From: Octopus vulgaris
Lineage: Eukaryota
Direction of reading: 5' to 3'
Length of the DNA: 64,000 nucleotides
NCBI GenBank assembly: GCA_951406725.2
Contig: OX597832.1
Coordinates: forward strand, 40,858,001 to 40,922,000
The notes under the pieces were generated by a model. That model saw only the letters and a list, made by a program, of their open reading frames with translations. It did not search any database and was not told the origin of the DNA. Below, piece after piece: positions 11,286-24,627 of the stretch (position 1 is its first letter; the number at the start of each line of letters is the position of its first letter). Both the position numbers and the translations under genes were made by a program.

Positions 11286-11739
11286 ATACATACAAACATC
11301 TGTGCACACATACATGCATACAGCAGCATTGCTGTGTGGTTAAGAGGTTTGCTTTGCAACTATCTGGTTCTTCATTCTGTCTCTCTCTATGTGCAATCTT
11401 GGCAAAAGTGTCTATTATTACCTCAGGCCAGCAATGTCCTGTGTGTGAATTTGATTGATTGTGTTAGTGTGTGTGTGTGTGTGTCCCATGTCTATAAGAA
11501 TATTTACATTCTGCATTCAGACAAGCTATGGTCAGTGTATTGTTGTCATTCCATTGTCAATAAACCGATCAGCAGTCCTATGCTTTCAAAGATGTGCAGA
11601 ATAAAGAACTTCCTTGCTTTAAAAACTGGTTAGTGGCACAAAAGCCACCCATCTGTGAAACAATGCTTCGACAATGGGTTTGCCTAACCCATGTTAGTCT
11701 GAGAACATAGGCAGAAAAAACAAAAGAAAAAGTAAATGA

Positions 11740-11774
<35 letters not shown>

Positions 11775-11778
<4 letters not shown>

Positions 11779-12042
11779 TAAAAACAATAAGATAACAAAA
11801 GAAAGAAAGAGACCTCAATATTATGTAAATAGAGGAATTTATCTGTAAATATAATATGTGACAATTACTTGGTAGCCAAGATAAAACTCTGAGTTTCGGA
11901 TGCCGAGGTGGAAATCCACAGCACCAGATAACTGAAGGATGGCCAGATAACCAAAGAGATGGTGGTGTGGATTTCCACCTCGGCATCCGAAACTCAGTTT
12001 TATCTTGGCTACCGAATAATTGTCACATATTATTTTTACAGA

Positions 12043-12044
<2 letters not shown>
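11775..12044. mobile_element. Fold-back Penelope-LTR-like element with decayed hammerhead
   Basis: Inverted arms 11840-11925/11961-12044; AGATAA-CTGAAG..GATG..CATCC-GAAA-CTCAG(AG)-TT-TATCT; embedded in (TA)n. Confidence 0.7.
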
Positions 12045-12074
<30 letters not shown>

Positions 12075-12410
12075 GAGTTAAAATTTTTGTTTTAATAATT
12101 ACTGCTTCTTTTCTGATATTCCATGAAAACCCATGTAATTTACGCAGGTGATTTTCAGGATAAAAATTGTTTTAAAAAAATAGCTTCTACTCATGTCAAA
12201 TTCGCACCCAAAGTTTTCAGAATTGCCGATATGGCCAGGGGGGAAAGGGTTTTCAATTTCACTGTATTTAGCATAGATTCACTTAATTATGATTAGATTT
12301 TATTAAATTTTCATTAAATAAAAATAATTTCTGTTTAACAGGTCTCACATTAAAAGCTATTAAATTACATAGTGTTCGTGTTGTCTATATAAATAAAATT
12401 GTTTTTGCAG

Positions 12411-12525
12411 GACTGACATGTGTCAGTCCGTTTTACTCGCTCAATATACCCTCCTTCACCTCCCTTATGAGACTGACAATGTCAGTCCGTTTTTGCTCGC
12501 CCAGTATACCCTCCTCCTCCCTCGA
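12411..12525. repeat. Two ~60-bp tandem units each starting with the palindrome GACTGACA-n-TGTCAGTC
   Basis: Seen directly at 12411 and 12471. Confidence 0.8.
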
Positions 12526-12734
12526 CGTTAGCGTTTCCAATAATAAAAATGAATAAATGAAAAATATGACGCTGACTCTGTGTGTGTGTATGTGCATGTA
12601 ACTATGAGACTGTGTGTTTAAGTGCATTTGTGTGTGCTTGTATGTATTTGTATGAGACTGTGCGTGTTTGTGTGTGCGTGCACGCATGTACCTATATGAG
12701 ACTGTGTATTTGTGTGTTTCCACATAACCAGAAA

Positions 12735-12990
12735 TAACCAAAGTATTATTTTACAAATTGTGAGCAAGTGTATATGATATAATGAAGGAAATTGTTGTAT
12801 GTATTGTTGGCAGATATCAGGAAATTTTGGAAGTTTTGAAGGTTGTAGTGTCTCGACAGCTAACAACTGATGCGGGTAGTTTATTCCATGCTTCAGCAAC
12901 TCTGAGAGTGAAAAAATGTTTCCGAAAGTCATGAGTGCTGTGTTGTTTTTTGATTTTATAAGCATATCTGCGAGTGTTTGTCATATGGAA
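12735..12990 (-). mobile_element. Older CR1-clade LINE 3' fragment
   Basis: Diverged relative of the 5763/48508/58701 family. Confidence 0.65.
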
Positions 12991-13804
12991 TTCAAAAAGG
13001 TGCCCAAGGTTGTTGTTGGAAAGATGGGGGGATAATCTTGTTTATAATATACTTTATTTTACATTTCTTGCCCACAAGTGATTATGTCCAAACTTTAGCA
13101 TACTGTTGTGTGTCTTCTCAAACCATGGTCACAGGAAAAGTTGTTGATAAGAATTATCAACAAAAACAAACCTGAGAAATACGCACAGGTGTTGCAAATT
13201 AAGTTTAATTACCAATAAACATCAACTTGGGTGATACTTTGTTCAACCGAATAAATTATGTAAAATATGGCCAAGATTGGGATTACCAATCTGTCAGACT
13301 TCAAAAAGTAGTTAACCATTTAATGGTCTTAGTAAATTTATACCGAAAAGTAAGCAGTATATTGTCCGACTGCACATACCAAATGTATGTGTTTTGCTTG
13401 TTCGTCGATCTGCTGCTGTATAGCCCAATTGGGGACAAGTCTCTCATGATGCTGGGTGTTAAAACACATAAAAGTCTTAGACAGGCAGGACAACTTATCT
13501 CCAATCCTATTCAGGAGTGATGGATATTTTACCATTTTTGTGGCTTTCCAACATCATGCAGCTTTTCCGTTTTCAGAAAATAAATGCACAGTTATCAGCA
13601 GAATGGTCAAATGAATTTAAATGACATAAAAAGCTTGAAGTATCAATCTCATTTAGTGTTTTCAGCGATCAATGTACAAACAAACTTTACTTTTTATAAG
13701 GATAGATATATATATGGGTGTGTGTATGTATGTGTGACCTCGTGTGTACTGTTGGTGATTTTTTTTCCTCTGTCTTCCCTTCTCTGGATCTTTCCTTCTC
13801 CTAT

Positions 13805-13839
13805 GTTTCCGACGAAGAGCTCCGCTTGAAATGTTAAAC
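13805..13839 (+). ncRNA. Minimal hammerhead-like motif (U4C core) in a Penelope-like LTR fragment (~13715-13930)
   Basis: GTTT-CCGACGA-A-GAGC-tcc-GCTT-GAAA-TGT-T-AAAC. Confidence 0.55.
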
Positions 13840-14108
13840 TTTCCTTCTTTCCTGAGCGTCCAATAATACTATATTTGTTCCACGTCCTCGCGTTGTTGTG
13901 TTTTTTGGTGCCTTCTTGTTTGGATTAACTTTATATATATATGTGTGTGTGTGTATACATATAGATGCACAGTATGCTAACATATTTTTTTCTCTCTTTG
14001 TCTTTTATACATATATTTTTATATATATATATACATACATACACTTGCTTATATATGTAATATACACAACATGCTAACATATTCCCTTTTTGTCTTCTCT
14101 TTTGACAG

Positions 14109-14204
14109 GATCTTGGTGTCCACAAAGTTGGTCATCTCAAACGTATAATGCAAGGCATAAAAGAACTAAACAACAGACTGCCCATTACAGCAGAGAAATT
14201 ATGA
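14109..14204 (+). CDS. DGKD: DGK terminal coding exon DLGVHKVGHLKRIMQGIKELNNRLPITAEKL*
   Basis: tttgacag acceptor; DLG..KVGH.KRI..GIKEL is the SAM C-terminus of DGKD/H; TGA at 14202-14204. Confidence 0.96.
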   Translation, partial: DLGVHKVGHLKRIMQGIKELNNRLPITAEKL

Positions 14205-14413
14205 CATTTCAGACTCTCAACTCTCTCTCTCGTCAACATTCACACACACACACACACATATATCTTGCACACACACACATACGCTCACACAAATTCACTG
14301 TTTTGTCCAATTGTTCTGTTTGGCTGTCTTCTTTCAATTTTAGCCTCCTGCAATGCTTGGAATATATTGGGCCAATATTCCGTACTTTTTGAGGCTTTCA
14401 TGATAAATATATA

Positions 14414-14445
<32 letters not shown>

Positions 14446-14447
<2 letters not shown>

Positions 14448-14608
14448 CGCAGGAGTGGCTGTGTGGTAAGTAGCTTGCTAACCAACCACATGGTTCCGGG
14501 TTCAGTCCCACTGCGTGGCATCTTGGGCAAGTGTCTTCTGCTATAGCTCCAGGCCGACCAATGCCTTGTGAGTGGATTTGGTAGACGGAAACTGAAAGAA
14601 GCCTGTCG

Positions 14609-14639
<31 letters not shown>

Positions 14640-14848
14640 ATGTCTGTGTTTGTCCCCCTAGCATTGCTTGACAACCGATGCTGGTGTGTTTATGTCCCCG
14701 TCACTTAGCGGTTCGGCAAAAAGAGACCGATAGAATAAGTACTGGGCTTACAAAGAATAAGTCGCGGGGTCGATTTGCTCGCCTAAAGGCGGTGCTCCAG
14801 CATGGCCGCAGTCAAAATGACTGAAACAAGTAAAAGAATAAAAGAATA
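14446..14848 (+). mobile_element. Young full-length family-A SINE in the DGK 3' UTR
   Basis: Intact A/B boxes, core and tail; about 240 nt after the stop codon. Confidence 0.92.
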
Positions 14849-15388
14849 TGTATGTATATATAAGTATGTATATATGCATCTATGAACTGACATCCCTCTT
14901 TGTCTCTGTCTGTCTTTCTACCCCCTCTCTCTATATATATATGTGTGTGTGTATATGTATTTATCTCTCTCTGATACTTAGCATTGTTTTTTGTGGGGGT
15001 TTTTTTTTTTTGGCTGGGTTTTTTTAGGGTAGGGGTTATTTTTCTTCTCCCTGCACCCCTCCCCCCCCTGCTAATGCTGAGGATTGATCAAATATGGAAA
15101 TGAACAAAAAAAAAAAGATTTTTTGCTGGAGTTCCTCAGCTAGCACCATGTTATGCCAAACCATGAAACGCCACGTCACACACACACACCTCGTCATGTC
15201 ATGCCACATACCACATCAAACCGACAGCCATTTCTTCATCGAACTCTTCTCCGTGTTTCATTCAACTTTATTCTCAACTACAGCCTCCTTCGGACATGTC
15301 CTTCTGCTCTGTTGACCAGCCACAATAACATTGACCACATTCGTTTGTCACAAGCCCACATGTATGTGTGTCTGCATATATCTATCTA

Positions 15389-15434
<46 letters not shown>

Positions 15435-15865
15435 TATATGCACACGTACATACACATCACACGTGTGTGTATATATGTGTAAGTATGTATATAAATGTGT
15501 ATGTATTTATATATTTATGAGTTGCACTTATTTGGTAAGTGGTTTGATCTGTGATTCTTTGTTGTGACTAAAAAAAAGTATTACATCACGCAAGAGTCAT
15601 TTTAACAACAACAACAACAGCCAGAACAATCTGAAACACTGTTACTTTTTTTTTTACTCTTTCATTTTTTTTTTCTATTACTATTAATAATAACAATAAT
15701 AATAATAATAATACTAGCATAAAAGTGATTGTTTCCAACAGTCACCTCTGCATTATTATTATTATTATTATTTATATTATTAGAAAATATTGATAGGTTT
15801 CCTTTATACATGCAAAACTTGGTCATTGACATTTTACCTCAATGTATTCCACTGTAGCTATTCGT

Positions 15866-16190
15866 GAAGGCGCGTGGCTTAGTGGTTAAGGCATTCGGCT
15901 CGCGATTGTAAGGTCGTGAGTTCAATTCCCGGCGATGCATTGTGTCCTTGAGCAAGACACTTTATTTCATGTTGCTCCAGTCCACTCAGCTGGCAAAAAT
16001 GATTTGCACCTGTATTTTCAAAGGGCCGGCCTTGTCACACTTTGTGTCACGCTGAATCTCCCTGAGAACTACGTTGGAGGTACGCATGTCTGTGGAGTGC
16101 TCAGCCACTTGCACGTTAATTCCATGAGCAGGCTGTTCCGTTGATCGTATCAGCTGGAACCCTCGTCGTCCTAACCAACGGGGTGCTCCT
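15866..16190 (+). mobile_element. Family-C tRNA-derived CORE-type SINE
   Basis: gtggcttagtggttaag A-box, gagttcaattcc B-box, gtgtccttgagcaagacactt core; ~20-bp imperfect TSD tgtattccaYtgtagc(t)attc. Confidence 0.88.
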
Positions 16191-17575
16191 TGTATTCCAT
16201 TGTAGCATTCATTTAACATGGAAAAGTTTCAACGACCAAGTTGTAAACACATGATGAAATACATTCATACATAATATATATATATATATTATTGTTTCTA
16301 TGTTTACAACATGATTTACTGTATTCAATGTATGGTACAGTGAGGTACAGCGAAGTGAAATGACCATGACCAGGTTCTGGACGTATAATGAAAGACCTTT
16401 GATTCATAATAATAATAATACACATTAGTACAAAATAATTATGAAGTACAAGTGAATATAATAGTGTATGCATGTTATATATATACATATATTGTGTGTG
16501 AATGTGTAAATGTAAATATAGACATATATATATATTGCTATGGTTATACCAAAATATTTTTCTGGGTAAATAATTGATTATATTTGTTGTATTATAGAAA
16601 GATTTAGCCAGGATTTCTCTGGATCTATTTGTCTTCTCTTAATTTTTTTTTTGGTATTTTTTGTATTTTTTTCCACTGTCATTCTTTAATGACATTTTGG
16701 TCATCTTTCCCCCTTCCCTCCCCTTTCTGTATTTGCTATGATTTGTCTGTGTCAGTCTGTCCATTATTTATGAATGTGTCAGGAATTTTAAGTTCAGTGA
16801 AAACAGGAAGAACTGCAGTAATCCAGGACAATTCTAGCACTGGTTGTGTTTTCACTGTTGTCTATATAGTAATACTTATCAAAACATAGACTACACTCGG
16901 TGTTTCAATGAGCACTTCATTCCCAGGCTGAGGTTTGTAGGAGCATTTTTTAACCTTCCACTGAGTGTTGCAGGGAGTATCTTAGCATTGAACTGAGGCT
17001 TGCAGAAGTATTTTAACTCTGTTTCTATCTCTAAGTCATGGGTTAAGTTAAGATGGGCTTTAGGATCATCATCCTCATCGTTTAACGTCCGCTTCTCTGT
17101 GCACAAACTACACTTGTTATATATGGTACCTTGCCTCACTCCTAAATACGTTATATATATCACCCTACTTCATTTCCACATCAGATGACATACATTAAAT
17201 GTGGCACACTGCCTCCTGGATACACGATCATATACATACGTGTTGTCCCAAATTTTCTATCTTTGCAGATTTTACAAAGGAATCTAACCAAAGTATCTTC
17301 TGATGTGCTCTTCTTTCCAGCATCTCAGGTTGCAATCTTCAGAGAGCAAAATAGCTAAAATTGGTAGAGCAGCCTCTGTGCACTAGTAGACTAAACCATG
17401 GTCAATTGCCTACAGCAAGGAACCAATTGGCTTCACAGAATCATTGATTTTGATAGCTAGTGTAATTAGCAATGGATGAATTAATCTAACTTTGATGTTC
17501 AGTCTTTTTGTTGGATGTTGTATACATCAACACGACATCACATCACCATTCCTATACTATTGTATAAGTCTTAAA

Positions 17576-17872
17576 CTATGTGTAGCTATAGATATGTGCA
17601 GTCTCCAGTAGAGATGAGTGGCTTGGTTTATATTTAGTTATAGACTTATGCCGTCTTTGTAGAAATGTGAGACTCAGTTTATGTATAACTATCGATATAT
17701 GCAGTCTGAGTAGAGATGTGGTTTGGTCTATGTGTAGCTGTAGGTATATGCAGTCTCCATTAGAAATACTTCACTCAGTCTGTGTGGGCCTATACATACA
17801 TGCAGTCTGTGGTAGAGCTTTGTGTCTCAGTCTATGGATCACCAGAAATATATAATCTAATGATAGATATCT
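17576..17872 (+). repeat. Degenerate ~50-bp minisatellite, about 6 units
   Basis: Recurring ctatgtgtagctatagatatatgcagtct...gtagaga. Confidence 0.7.
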
Positions 17873-18544
17873 GTGATTAAAGCTAATAAATACTCATGTG
17901 GGATAGGTAAATATTAATTGACTCACCTGCCTCCTGTAGTGGAGAAATGTTGCCATTTATTGATATGTATCCCTAACTCTAAGCAATTGCGAGATACGTC
18001 ACTCCTGGATAGAACACCAGTCCACTGCATGTTATGCCTATGGGAGGATATTTTTTCCTTTGTTGTTGTAAGCTAACGAAACTTTTCATCAAAACACAAT
18101 GCCCACACTGCTTACAGCAATGGATAGCACCTCTACATGGTACTTATTTAAGGAATTGGTGAATTAGGCTATTGAATGTTGAGTGTGCCTTCATTAGGGA
18201 TACAATATTGTCAACAACAACATACATAACTTGATCTTGAGGTGGGGGGGGGGTCAGTAGGCTCCTAATTTTGTCTCAGTTAGCTGCCTCAAATAAGTTG
18301 GTTTAATGGTTTCTATTCTATGTTGCGTCAGTATGTATATTTTCTTTTTCTTTTTGTTTTTTTCGTCAGATTACTTACAAATGTCCAAAATGTACTACCA
18401 TCACCTTTCTTTTCTTTTTCATCCCACCCCACTCCCACACCTAACCACAAAATATCTCAGGGTACATAAACTGTTGTTTCACTAAATGCGTTTCTTAATT
18501 TTGTTATTTCACCTGTTTTTGTCTTGCTACTCTTGTTGTCACCA

Positions 18545-18602
<58 letters not shown>

Positions 18603-18603
18603 A

Positions 18604-18830
18604 AGGCAGTGAACTGGCAGAATCATTACCATATTGGACAAAATGCTTAGTTGCATTTCTTCTGGTTCTCCACGTTCCGAGTTCAAATGCCACTAAGGTT
18701 GACTTTGCTTTTCATCTTTTCGAGGGCAATAAAATAAGTACCTGTTGAGCACTAGGATCAATGTAATCAACTAACACCTCCCTTAAAATTTGCTGGCCTT
18801 GTGCCAAAATTAGAAAGAATTATTATTATT
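18604..18830 (+). mobile_element. Family-B SINE, alternative-tail subtype
   Basis: Head and central domain, then gctggccttgtgccaaaatt...(ATT)n tail. Confidence 0.8.
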
Positions 18831-19125
18831 ATTATTTCCTCACTGATGCATTATAGTCGCTGCTTCTGCTTATCTCTTTAAAAGAAAAATAAATAAATTG
18901 AAAAGGAAACCTTTACACACAGGAGGTACAGATGAGGGCAGCTGCATCAAACTCTCTCATGAACCAAATGTCAATTGCTAAAAAGCATTCGTGAAGTAAA
19001 ATCATGTAGCAACACCGAATGGCGGTGCCCCAGCATGACCACAGCTCGTGAGCTGAAACTAGATGAAATGAAATGAAAATGAAACTATATTTGTGTATTA
19101 GCAACTTTGTAAAAATGTGTGTGTG

Positions 19126-19131
19126 AATAAA
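19126..19131 (+). promoter_or_regulatory. Candidate poly(A) signal for the SAM-containing isoform
   Basis: AATAAA followed by U-rich sequence; position only, no transcript data. Confidence 0.25.
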
Positions 19132-19167
19132 AACTGCTGATTTGTTTAAAGTTCTCTTCTGCTTTAG

Positions 19168-19481
19168 GTCCTGACTCATCTGCAGGAAAGGTCTTCACTT
19201 TCACAAAGACATCTACCCCATCCAACCTGGCTAGAGTATTGCCTCCAGCTTTGTGCCGAGGACTTTACACATCCCTCTCCAACACAAGTGAAGGTCACAT
19301 TAAGAAATATCAAGTTATTAGTCTCCATCATTCTGACATTCAAAAATTTTTTCTTCGAGATAGCAGGAGAATATTTATGGCAGAGTATGAAACATTTGGC
19401 CTTGCTTTTTGCTTTTTGAGCCAAAAAATTAACTTAACTTATTTAAGGCAATCTGCAACTTTCCAAAATATAGGAAGTTAA
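19168..19481 (+). other. Candidate alternative last exon of DGK (without an intact SAM domain)
   Basis: gttctcttctgctttag acceptor; phase-1 frame open for 104 codons to TAA 19479-19481, phase-0 frame open for 83 codons; no homology recognised. Confidence 0.35.
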
Positions 19482-21761
19482 TGGAGAATGCCTTTTACCA
19501 AGGTCTTCTCTGTCTTTTATTAGAACCAACCAATTCTGCTTCAAAACTCTCCACTCAGCAGCATCCATTGGTCAATTGCATCCAGCCATTTGACCGTTGC
19601 ATTCGGTGTGTTCAATCAAGGATTAGTTGGGATAACACATTAATAATAGTTATCTTTTCCCAGATAATCAACACATTGGAATAGCTTTATTAAAGCAGTA
19701 TAATCCTTGTAATCCATCACATACTCTATAGCAACTTTTGGTACCAATCCTCCTGATACTGCTCCTGATCCTATGATACAAATTTCTAGTTTAAAATTAT
19801 CTAAATTAAAACTTCATATCAGTTTGTATTTCAATGGTAAAGCCATTTTATTAAATTCTTCATTATTTCCAAAATTAATTGAAACAAAGGTAGTATATAT
19901 GATAAGAAGGCAGTCAATGTTTCTGTGCTAGGCCCATCATAATACAAAGATATCTCCCTTAGATCCATTACAGTATATGAATGTCATCAGTTATTCCATT
20001 ACAGCACAATTAGAATGGTGTTACTGACAGGTCTATTTAATTAATTATCAATTAGCTGAATAACTAAGCAGAAGTGTAAATGACTTGATGGATTTTCTTC
20101 TTGAAACTTTATTTGTCCCATTTGTTTGTTTCTTATACAAGAAAGTTGTCCTTGTCTATCTTGGTAATTGTCAGAGTTTATGTATAATAAATAGTCACTT
20201 AAAAAATGCATTTCAGTTCACACAAAGGTGTTACAAAACAAAACAAAAAAGCAAAACATTCTCCATGAAAAACTCACATCTGGATTGTTGTTGTCAATAA
20301 AAGAAAAAATGTGATGTGTATTTGGTTGCTTCATCACCTTTTTTCTTTTTTTTTTTTTTTGTATGGGTTGGGGTGGCAAGAAACTGATTTGATGAATGTA
20401 TAAATATTGAACAGCTTATCTTTGGTAATTGTACATATATATTTATATATATACATATATATATATTTTTGAGGCAATCAGCTTTATTGTGTTACCAACA
20501 GCTTTTGGTTGTATGTCACTGTCCTCTTTAAAGACCACCAATTATGCTCCAAACAGGAAAGGGCAAACACAGTATTGTGAAGGCCTTTCCTTGCATGATT
20601 TTTTTCTCTCCCCGAAAAGGACAGCCGAGCCGCAAGATTTTTTTTTCTCCCTATGGATTGTAAAATTTCACAAAGTTAAGGAATATATCTTTTATATGTT
20701 GCAATTATGAAATTTATCAAGTTCTTCAGATGAGTCACTTGGGAATCAATCTTTCAATTGCTTTTTATAATTACCTGTCGTTAATTTAATGTTTGACTTT
20801 ATCTTTATATCAAGGTTCACTGTCAGGTTTGACTTATAAGGTCTGTTGAATGTTTTTTGTTTTTTTCCACTTAGTTCAGAGATAGTTTTTCTTTTTTTTT
20901 CCACCATTGTCCTCATCTGTTGTTTCTTTTGAAGCAAACAAGCATATCGCTGCTCCCTTTTGTATAAAAATATTTCATCTTTTCATGTTTTGACTTTCTA
21001 ACTTTTCATTGTTGACCATTTTAATATATTTTCTGGTCATGTTTGGTTGTTAACTGGTGTTGATGGCAAAGGTACAGTTGGTTGGTGGTGATGACTAAAG
21101 GAATGCGTTGCAAATCCCAACCCCTTATTTAGATGTAGCAAAAACTGTAGTTTTTCTCTTGTATCAGATGAAATACAATATAGTAGAAAATATCTTTATA
21201 CAATCTAGAATCAAATCCTACCAGAACAGATATAACCTTTCATCCCCTCACTCCTCTCAAAGTTCATTAATTAAATACCAGTAAAATACCCCCACCATCT
21301 CATTTGATTATACCTCCTCCGATAAAAAAGGATATGCCATTGGATGAACAGCTCAAAAGTTCCTAGGTTCAAATCCAGCGTAGGTGTTTCATTGTATATT
21401 TAAACAAGACACTTACTTCCACTTGGCTCAGTTCACCTGGCTGACAGGAAAATCAGGTACCAGTTCTTCTGGGAATGTTACCTGATATGGCTCAACAAAT
21501 TCTATCTAAAAATGATACTTATAATGCTACAAAAACCAGAATAGACAATCCTTAAAAACTTCATGGGGCTTAAGAGATATTTACTAAAAAAAAAGGAAAA
21601 TCATCAAAACTTCCATTTTGCACTACCACCACTACTACTTCCATTTATATCAACTTTATACCATCACCATACCAGTCCACTACTACCACCCCAGCACATC
21701 ACTTCACCACCACTCTACCTCCATCACCACTTTCATCATACACCTTTATACAATATGTCAT

Positions 21762-21828
<67 letters not shown>

Positions 21829-21953
21829 TTTTAAACTTGGCGAAGTTGTGATTTATTTCATAAATGAATCTGTAGGTTGGCGTAGGAAGGAATATAGTAT
21901 TTGTGTGTTTAATATATACGTGTGTTTATAGATATATATGTGTATGTTTATAA

Positions 21954-21991
<38 letters not shown>

Positions 21992-22034
21992 TTCTTCACT
22001 CAAACTGCTGTTGCATGACCTTAAATAGTGTGTT

Positions 22035-22076
<42 letters not shown>

Positions 22077-23092
22077 CATACATACACACATACATATTGT
22101 TATAGTAAAATATATATTTCACAGTATCACTGTTTATGTCATCATCACCATTATCATCATCACAAAGCTCCTACACGATCACTCAACTCGCTAGAAATAG
22201 CAGCCAAAATTTCCTTTAAAACCACACTCTACCGTCTTAAACGAGGAAACAAATTAGTTAATATGGTCCTAAATACCTTTAGTGAGGTGATTGTCAAGGC
22301 TAGACTACTTCCAGTTATAAGTCTGCATGATCACAGTTGACTTTGAGCTAAACAACAACTAACACTCTATCCTGTTGTCTTGTTTTATGAACATCTTTTT
22401 GATGTTTTTTTTTTTTTTTGCTCATCTAAAAGTATGAGAAGCTGGCAAACTTATAAGACAAAATCATCTTCATTCATATTTGTTATGTAATCTTCCTTCC
22501 TCTCTCCCCACTCTCTCTCTCTCTCATCCACTTTCAGACTATCACCAGGCAGGATGTCACCAGGGGGTTGGAGGGGAAAATGGTTTTGGTTCTCTGAAAT
22601 AAATCTAAGCTATCTCATCTTCAAGACTGTTTCTTATTCTGCCCCCATCACATCCTCTCATTCCTCACTTCTCCAACACTTTGTCAGTGCCTGAATCTCT
22701 GCTACCTCTGTCTAATTAGTTACGTCTCAGTTGGAAACCCTTCTTGTTTATTGTAGCTACTCTGAGTACCTGGTGCTACTCACCCTACTGGTTGGTTATT
22801 TAGTTGGACATTGACTGTGTTTTGATAGACTAATGGTAGAAGTTGAACCCAGACTAGGTTTGTTTTTATTCAATGACCAATGACTTAAGAGGAGATCATG
22901 GTTTTCATTGAATGTCATGAGATAAGTGAATTAAGGGGAAAATCAGATTTTGAGGGAATGGTAGGTGAATGGTTGTGTTGCAAAAAAGGAGAGGCGGTTA
23001 GCACTCCCTTTGACAAGGATGGAAGAGATCAATCGATCTTTCCAACACATATGGGCATTGCTCTCTACTTTAGAGCAACCTATTTAAAAATA

Positions 23093-23322
23093 GGTGGCGA
23101 GTTGGCAGAAACATTAGGATGCCGGGCGAAATGCTTAGCAGTATTTCGTCTGCCGTTACGTTCTGAGTTCAAATTCCACCGAGGTCGACTTTGCCTTTCA
23201 TTCTTTCAGGGTCGATTAAATAAGTACCAGTTACACACTGGGGTTGATGTAATCAACTTAATCCCTTTGTCTGTCCTTGTTTGTCCTCTTTGTGTTTAGC
23301 CCCTTGTGAGTAATTAAGAAAT
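23093..23322 (+). mobile_element. Family-B SINE
   Basis: High identity to other copies. Confidence 0.88.
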
Positions 23323-24627
23323 AGGTAGGTGATATGAGGGCAGATGAGATTTTACCAGAGAGGTAGAGAGATGATTTGGGGACCAGGCATTTGAAAATAT
23401 TTTTTTGTTTTTGTTGTTGTTGTTAATTGACTACATGGCAGGGGAGGGGATATAGATGTGTGTCTCAATTTCATGAAACACATTTCAAGGGATTTTTACA
23501 ACTGAATCATTTCTGTAGGATATCAGAATATTTTCTATACTATTGGAACTCTTCAACATATATATATATATATATAAACACACATATGTGCACACACACA
23601 CACACACACTAATTCATGTCTATTTTCCATGCTGGCATGGGTTGGACAGTTCAACAAGATCTAACAGATCAGAGGACCGGTTTTGCCATGGTTTCTACTG
23701 CTGGATGCTCTTCCTGATGCCAAACACTTTACAGAGTGTACCAGGTGCTCTTTTTTTTTTGGCACAACCACAATAGACATTTCCATGTAACTTGCAGTTG
23801 AAGAACCTCCTCAACTGAGAAGAGCAGTTTTGAGCGAAGTGTCTTTATTGGGGATGTTGGGAGGCAAAAGTATAATAGAAGGGGACAAGTACAAGATGTA
23901 ACAGAGATGCATGGCTACCCACACATTATATGAAGGTAAATGGGAGCAAATGTGGTATAAAGGCCTTGTGCCTTTAGTAGAAAGGATTATTATTATTATT
24001 ATTAGGATTGGGTAGCAAGCTGGCAGAATGTTAAGTGCATCAGACAAAATACTTTGTGGCATTTTTTTCCAGCTCTTTGCATTCAGAGTTCAAATTCTGG
24101 TGAGGTCAACTTTGCCTTTCATCCTTCCAGGGTCAATATAATAAGTATCAGGTTATGTAATTGACTCATCCCAGCACCCCTAAAATTGCTAGTCTTCTAT
24201 CAAAATTGAAGACATTTATTATTCGGGTGATCTAGAGGCAGAAATGGTTGAGTGATGGACAAATATGTTGGGGCCTTGTGCCTGGGTTGAAACGCATCAT
24301 CATCATCATCATCACTACCACCACATTTACTCATCAGGTAGTCCCCCCCCCCCCCAACTTACATACACTCTCAAAAGTTTTGTTTTATCTTCTCTTTTCT
24401 GCTATCCATTAAGGTGTTGAAGAGAAACTTTAATGTTTCCAGCTGCCCGGTGTCATAAACAAACAAACTATATATATATGTGTATATATAACAAACTTCT
24501 TGCATGAAACCATCAATAGCTCATGACCCAGCTGGAGCTTTATATACATGCCTCTATATATATGTATGCATGTCTCTCTCTCTATATATATATGTAGATG
24601 TGTGTGTGTGTGTGTATATGTATATAA

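Noticed and set aside
14446-14520. tRNA-like sequences with A/B boxes
   Set aside because: They are SINE heads continuing into core and tail; no complete cloverleaf.
14285-14674. Recurrent ORFs such as ...FSFRLPNPLTRLWS...GTEPGTMWLV (1668, 14285, 38205, 51174)
   Set aside because: Antisense translations of family-A SINEs, not a gene family.
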